DNA from: a virus
Taxonomy: Duplodnaviria; Caudoviricetes
Length of the DNA stretch: 64,000 nucleotides
Virus record (IMG/VR): IMGVR_UViG_3300045135_000807
Span: 36 to 64,035 of that record
Strand: one strand, 5' to 3'
Below the pieces are notes generated by a model, which had not been told where the DNA came from, ran no database searches, and worked only from the letters and a program-made list of their open reading frames with translations. Below are positions 60,297 to 64,000 of this stretch, in pieces (the first letter of the stretch is position 1; each line of letters begins with the position of its first letter). A program made the translations under genes and the position numbers.

Positions 60297-60883
60297 TAGA
60301 ATCCTGTTGCGTAGATGTGATTGATGTGCGTGCGGTATACAGTCTGACCATCTACTTCCATAGAGTAGTCAGCGTTCTTCATGATCATTACCTTGTCCCC
60401 TACCTTCAGGCCAAGATCTCTAACAGCTTCTGAATCGTACAGCACATAGCCAAACTGATTGTAGTCCGGTTTCTTGAGCTCTAGTACAATGCCGCTTTCT
60501 GTTACCTCTTCATCTTCTTGCTCCTCAGGTTTTAAAAATATCCATTCACTCAACAGATGAATCTCTCCTGTGTCCTGGCATTTGTATGCGTAAGCTTGTG
60601 TGGAATGGCTGTTGTTTGGATCAAACTTTACAAAGTAGATATCGCCGTCTACAACCTGACCTTTGCCGTCACCAGCGATTACTACGTGGTGGTGAAAGTA
60701 TAGGGTATCGCCAGGCTTAACGCCTGTGTCGTATTTAGCGGGGACGCTGAAGACCTCAGCTTCCATCTTACGGTTTTGAAATTCATTCCATTTAGGATCA
60801 AGGTAAATGGACTGATCGCCAACCTTGAGCTCATCGTTAAACGCCTTCGGCAGCCTCACGAAGAAATCGTACAGTGATTGCAT
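60296..60883 (-). CDS. GroES-like co-chaperonin (two GroES-like halves)
   Basis: GVKPGDTLYF, TESGIVL mobile-loop-like motif, LKVGDKVM...MEVDGQ; TAACTTTG box at 60915-60922. Confidence 0.7.
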   Translation of the reverse strand: MQSLYDFFVRLPKAFNDELKVGDQSIYLDPKWNEFQNRKMEAEVFSVPAKYDTGVKPGDTLYFHHHVVIAGDGKGQVVDGDIYFVKFDPNNSHSTQAYAYKCQDTGEIHLLSEWIFLKPEEQEDEEVTESGIVLELKKPDYNQFGYVLYDSEAVRDLGLKVGDKVMIMKNADYSMEVDGQTVYRTHINHIYATGF

Positions 60884-60919
60884 ATAAATTAAATTAAGTG
60901 TTAAATATCTAACACAAAG

Positions 60920-61153
60920 TTATGAAAAATCACAGTCGTACTCAATCAACACCGGCATGTCCATCACAGACTTCCAAAGCATCACACCATCTTGTGGGTG
61001 TTTAATGTAGATTAAGTATTGGATTTTGTTGTACTTAATTAAGTACTTATCGTCTAAGATAATGCTGTCAACCACAGAGTCTCCAGCTTTCTGACCTACG
61101 TAGTAAGCCATAGCTTTTAGGGGGTTTTCCCCTATGATTATTTTGCGTATCAT
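60920..61153 (-). CDS. Hypothetical protein
   Basis: MIRKIIIG...AMAYYVGQ...LWKS...MPVLIEY; in the operon. Confidence 0.7.
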   Translation of the reverse strand: MIRKIIIGENPLKAMAYYVGQKAGDSVVDSIILDDKYLIKYNKIQYLIYIKHPQDGVMLWKSVMDMPVLIEYDCDFS

Positions 61154-61158
61154 TTAAA

Positions 61159-61497
61159 TTAATTTTGCAATCCGTCATCGTCACGCATTTTGCGTAGCCA
61201 ATAGTCTATATGTCCCGGATCGTCATTCTCTTCTTTCTTTGCCATGCGGTAAGCCTCAACGCAGTACGACAATACTTCGTCTAGCTCTTCCTCATCTTCA
61301 CATTCAATAGAAGAAAGCAGGTTCATGCTACAGCGCATCTCACCATCTTCATCTACGTATGCTGTTTCTGAATTCAAAAAACCGACAGCTAAACAACTCA
61401 CAAACACATCCTCAAGATTGTATTTCTTGACGGTCGCATTGATCTGCTCCATCAACTGTTGGATTTCATATATGCAATCTTTCTGGTCGTTACTCAT
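61159..61497 (-). CDS. Acidic hypothetical protein
   Basis: 112 aa; coupled to the upstream gene. Confidence 0.65.
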   Translation of the reverse strand: MSNDQKDCIYEIQQLMEQINATVKKYNLEDVFVSCLAVGFLNSETAYVDEDGEMRCSMNLLSSIECEDEEELDEVLSYCVEAYRMAKKEENDDPGHIDYWLRKMRDDDGLQN

Positions 61498-62234
61498 TAG
61501 TCTAGTTTAGTGATTGACAAAGTACTTGTAGTAAGTAAAGAGCCACCGCCGCCTGAGTTCATGTAAATTTCGTAGTAAATATCTGTGTCTGCGTCAGCAT
61601 GGCGAATCAAGCTGAATCCAATAGCCATGTTTCCGGCTGCTGCCTTAGTACGTGTAATGTTTTGGATTGTTGAGGCAGATCCTCCAGATGGTTTTTCTTT
61701 TATGTCAATTTTAACATCAGTGTTGGTTGCTGTAATTTCCAACATAAAAGATACTTCAATTTTAATTAACCCTGCTCTTTCAATAGTCACAGCTCCCGTA
61801 GTTGTAGAAGAAGCTTGTAAATGAGTGTTACTAGCATCATTGACCAAATGAGAAGAAGCATTACTCCCATTATTGATACCAGCTTGAGTGGGTGTAGTCG
61901 CTGTAGTTGTAAGTGTATATGCACCGTTAGGGCGTAACACGAACATTGGATTTGAAAAAGTAATGTCAACAGAAGAAAATGCGTTATTGCTAAGCTCTCT
62001 CTTTACTACATTGCTGTTACTATCAAGTAACAAAGCCGTCAGCTCAGCATTATCTGTTGTAGGGTCTGTATCAAATGAAAGCGCAGAAACCTCAACAGCT
62101 GAGGTAGATAGTTTTAGCGGTGATGTAGACCCGCTACCATCTTCTACAGTCTTTAATGTTCCGGTGAGTCCACCTTCTACATGCAGTAGATTACCGTATT
62201 TATCTTTTACCTTCTGTCCAGCAAGAGTACTCAT
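61497..62234 (-). CDS. Putative virion (spike/decoration-like) protein
   Basis: S/T/G-rich with a beta-rich C-terminal domain; TATCTTTG box at 62257-62264. Confidence 0.55.
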   Translation of the reverse strand: MSTLAGQKVKDKYGNLLHVEGGLTGTLKTVEDGSGSTSPLKLSTSAVEVSALSFDTDPTTDNAELTALLLDSNSNVVKRELSNNAFSSVDITFSNPMFVLRPNGAYTLTTTATTPTQAGINNGSNASSHLVNDASNTHLQASSTTTGAVTIERAGLIKIEVSFMLEITATNTDVKIDIKEKPSGGSASTIQNITRTKAAAGNMAIGFSLIRHADADTDIYYEIYMNSGGGGSLLTTSTLSITKLD

Positions 62235-62284
62235 AGTATATTTACTTAATTTTACACAAAGATACTAATTTAATAGACAGGCAT

Positions 62285-62731
62285 ATGCCCAAGGGACGGG
62301 TCGCAAAGACCAAACTATTCAGAGACTTCTCCTACATCAAGGAAAAGTGGATCAAAGACAACTACCTCAAGAACTGGACTATCGTGATGAACGACATGTT
62401 ATCACGCTATGAACTCTCAGATAAAGAGATGAGGTTCATGATCTTCGTCTACGACCTTGAATTCTTTACGATGGACTGGATTTCCGGTGAGTACCAGTAT
62501 GAGAAACGAAACGTAGGACGTAGGTTGGTATACCCTCTTCTTTCTAAAGGGTATATCTATAAGCATTTTGACAAGCTTACACCATCGGATACTAGGGAGG
62601 ATCATTTATTCAGAGATGAAACTAAATATAATTACAGAGTCCGTTATGCTTTGAGCCAGAATGGTAGGCTCGTAGTATCAAGGTTTTACCGTAAGATGGC
62701 TGGCGAGGAGCCTATTAGTGTGAAGCAATAG
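62285..62731 (+). CDS. Putative winged-helix (MarR-like) regulator
   Basis: LSDKEMRFMIF...LLSKGYI...RYALSQNGR pattern; lone + strand gene in the late block. Confidence 0.55.
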   Translation: MPKGRVAKTKLFRDFSYIKEKWIKDNYLKNWTIVMNDMLSRYELSDKEMRFMIFVYDLEFFTMDWISGEYQYEKRNVGRRLVYPLLSKGYIYKHFDKLTPSDTREDHLFRDETKYNYRVRYALSQNGRLVVSRFYRKMAGEEPISVKQ

Positions 62732-62879
62732 TTTTAAAAGGCATTTCTAGTGCTGCACCCTTGTGTGGCTTAAACTCTCCGCTGTGCTCCATAAGGTAAT
62801 AGCGGCCACCCTTGGACATCCAGTGGTATCCATCGGGGGCGCTAACCATTACTTTGCTGTTCTTTTTCTTAGCCTTCAC
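62715..62879 (-). CDS. 54-aa hypothetical protein (not in ORF track)
   Basis: GTG start; MKAKKKNSKVMVSAPDGYHWMSKGGRYYLM...; overlaps the upstream gene's end. Confidence 0.5.
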   Translation of the reverse strand: MKAKKKNSKVMVSAPDGYHWMSKGGRYYLMEHSGEFKPHKGAALEMPFKTIASH

Positions 62880-63141
62880 CGCGTAGCAATTTAAAGTCCT
62901 CAGAATCTAATACTCCGTTGTCATTCTTATCCAACTTCACCTGTCCACCTTTTAGGTATTTCACTTTTCCACCAGCGTAGTATTTCTTCTTCGCTTTCTT
63001 TTTAATCTTCTTCTCCTGCTCCAACATTTCTTTTGTTGGTTTTTTGCCTGAGCCTCTGTTTGCACGGATGTTATCCCACAGACCTCTTTCGCTGTAGCTT
63101 CCATCCTTACGCTTGATCATTTTCTTTTTTGCCTTTGCCAT
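62869..63141 (-). CDS. Basic protein with a C-terminal EF-hand-like loop
   Basis: Lys-rich; DKNDNGVLDSEDF Dx[DN]x[DN]G loop. Confidence 0.65.
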   Translation of the reverse strand: MAKAKKKMIKRKDGSYSERGLWDNIRANRGSGKKPTKEMLEQEKKIKKKAKKKYYAGGKVKYLKGGQVKLDKNDNGVLDSEDFKLLRGEG

Positions 63142-63142
63142 G

Positions 63143-63844
63143 TTATCTGTTTTTACGCATTCTTTCTATTGCATTACGGTGTATGTTTACGAACTGAGCG
63201 TTCTCTGGACCGATCTTCTTTTTAATTTCTCCCTCAGAAGTATCGTAGATATACTCTCCTGTTTGTTGGTTTAGTCGCATGCCGTAGAATTCTGGTAGCA
63301 CTCTACGTAGTGGAGGTACTTTAGTTAGATCCATATTTGGAAAAGGAAGCTTTGGAGGTAGCTCTACCATCTTCTCTACCGGTCTAATTCGTCTTTTCTC
63401 AACAGATTTTATTGGGTTGTCTGAATCTGTAGATACTTTAAAGTAACTATATGCACTTTCTGCTCTAGGGTCTGATGGATCATAGATACCAGCGCTTACC
63501 ATTGCCCCTAGCGCCTCATCATAAAACGATGTATCTGTAGGCTCTGCCTTTCTAAGCATATCTGCCATCACCCTACGCTGGAAGCTAGCCAGAGCATTAG
63601 GGGTATTGTACAGACTATCTACCTTTGCATTCATATCTTTTGTAAAGGAATTAGCCTCTTCTCTACCTTCTTCAAAGATTGGATCAACGAGCATGCCGTT
63701 GTATACCTTCCTAGGTTTTATGTTTACGGTAGACAATGTATCTGAGGCGTATGGATCTGCATAATTAAATGTAGTATCTGCAACAGATTTCTTCTTGGGC
63801 TTTACTGGCCCACCGTTGTTATATTTTCTGTATTTACTTTTCAT
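63143..63844 (-). CDS. Hypothetical protein (5' part repeated at 1-154)
   Basis: 233-aa ORF; N-terminal KYNNGGPVK. Confidence 0.65.
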   Translation of the reverse strand: MKSKYRKYNNGGPVKPKKKSVADTTFNYADPYASDTLSTVNIKPRKVYNGMLVDPIFEEGREEANSFTKDMNAKVDSLYNTPNALASFQRRVMADMLRKAEPTDTSFYDEALGAMVSAGIYDPSDPRAESAYSYFKVSTDSDNPIKSVEKRRIRPVEKMVELPPKLPFPNMDLTKVPPLRRVLPEFYGMRLNQQTGEYIYDTSEGEIKKKIGPENAQFVNIHRNAIERMRKNR

Positions 63845-64000
63845 CCTTCATGCAATTTGGAGAATCCTTACAGTGACATACTTCATCACTCCCGCATTCA
63901 AATGGATGTGGTGCAGTCATGTCTATATCGTATAAACGGTTGATCATAGCCACGCCAGCAACGATCCCTATGAGTATAATGATTCCTGTCATAAAGCAAA
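63691..64000. repeat. Terminal redundancy / circular overlap, copy 2 (cut by window end)
   Basis: gcatgccgttgtatacc... begins again at 63691 and runs to the window end. Confidence 0.95.

Larger units (their letters stand above)
1..63690. mobile_element. Apparently complete tailed dsDNA phage genome (podovirus-like; likely Bacteroidota host)
   Basis: Terminase, portal, capsid, tail, lysis and replication modules are all present. The sequence wraps (1-310 = 63691-64000). TAnnTTTG promoter boxes precede many genes. Confidence 0.93.

Noticed and set aside
16175-62268. Numerous + strand ORFs antisense to structural genes (e.g. 21957-22355, 47583-47981, 48006-48467)
   Set aside because: They are shadows of long minus-strand genes, with Ser/Pro/Val-rich mirror composition and no independent signals.
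1-64000. tRNA or rRNA genes
   Set aside because: No cloverleaf with T-loop and acceptor stem was recognised by eye in the intergenic gaps; tRNAscan-SE or ARAGORN would be needed to exclude them fully.

Overview
The window holds what appears to be one complete, circularly closed dsDNA tailed-phage genome with a unit length of about 63,690 bp: bases 1-310 recur at 63691-64000 with two substitutions. About a dozen TAnnTTTG (-7) promoter boxes point to a Bacteroidota (probably Flavobacteriia) host. The + strand (about 1.3-14.8 kb) carries an early region of small genes, each unit preceded by a conserved hairpin+GGTTATCTGT element (9 copies), then recombination/replication genes: Rad52/Sak-like annealing protein, PD-(D/E)XK exonuclease, SSB-like protein, DnaA-domain-IV-like protein, primase-helicase, RusA-like resolvase and GIY-YIG nuclease. 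The - strand (about 15-62 kb) carries a podovirus-like morphogenesis block: terminase, portal, two very long [16 protein letters not shown] tail fibres, scaffold, capsid, ring/tail proteins, internal proteins including a 2747-aa JAB-domain protein, and a lysis cassette. I recognised no integrase, DNA polymerase or RNA polymerase. The most notable items are (1) a self-contained phage-encoded two-component signalling operon inside the structural module, (2) the 9-copy hairpin-motif array, (3) two catalytically intact RadC/JAB domains, (4) an unannotated 40-aa peptide resembling the ribonucleotide reductase C-terminal CxxC tail, and (5) two candidate structured ncRNAs. All product calls come from motif recognition and gene order, without database searches.
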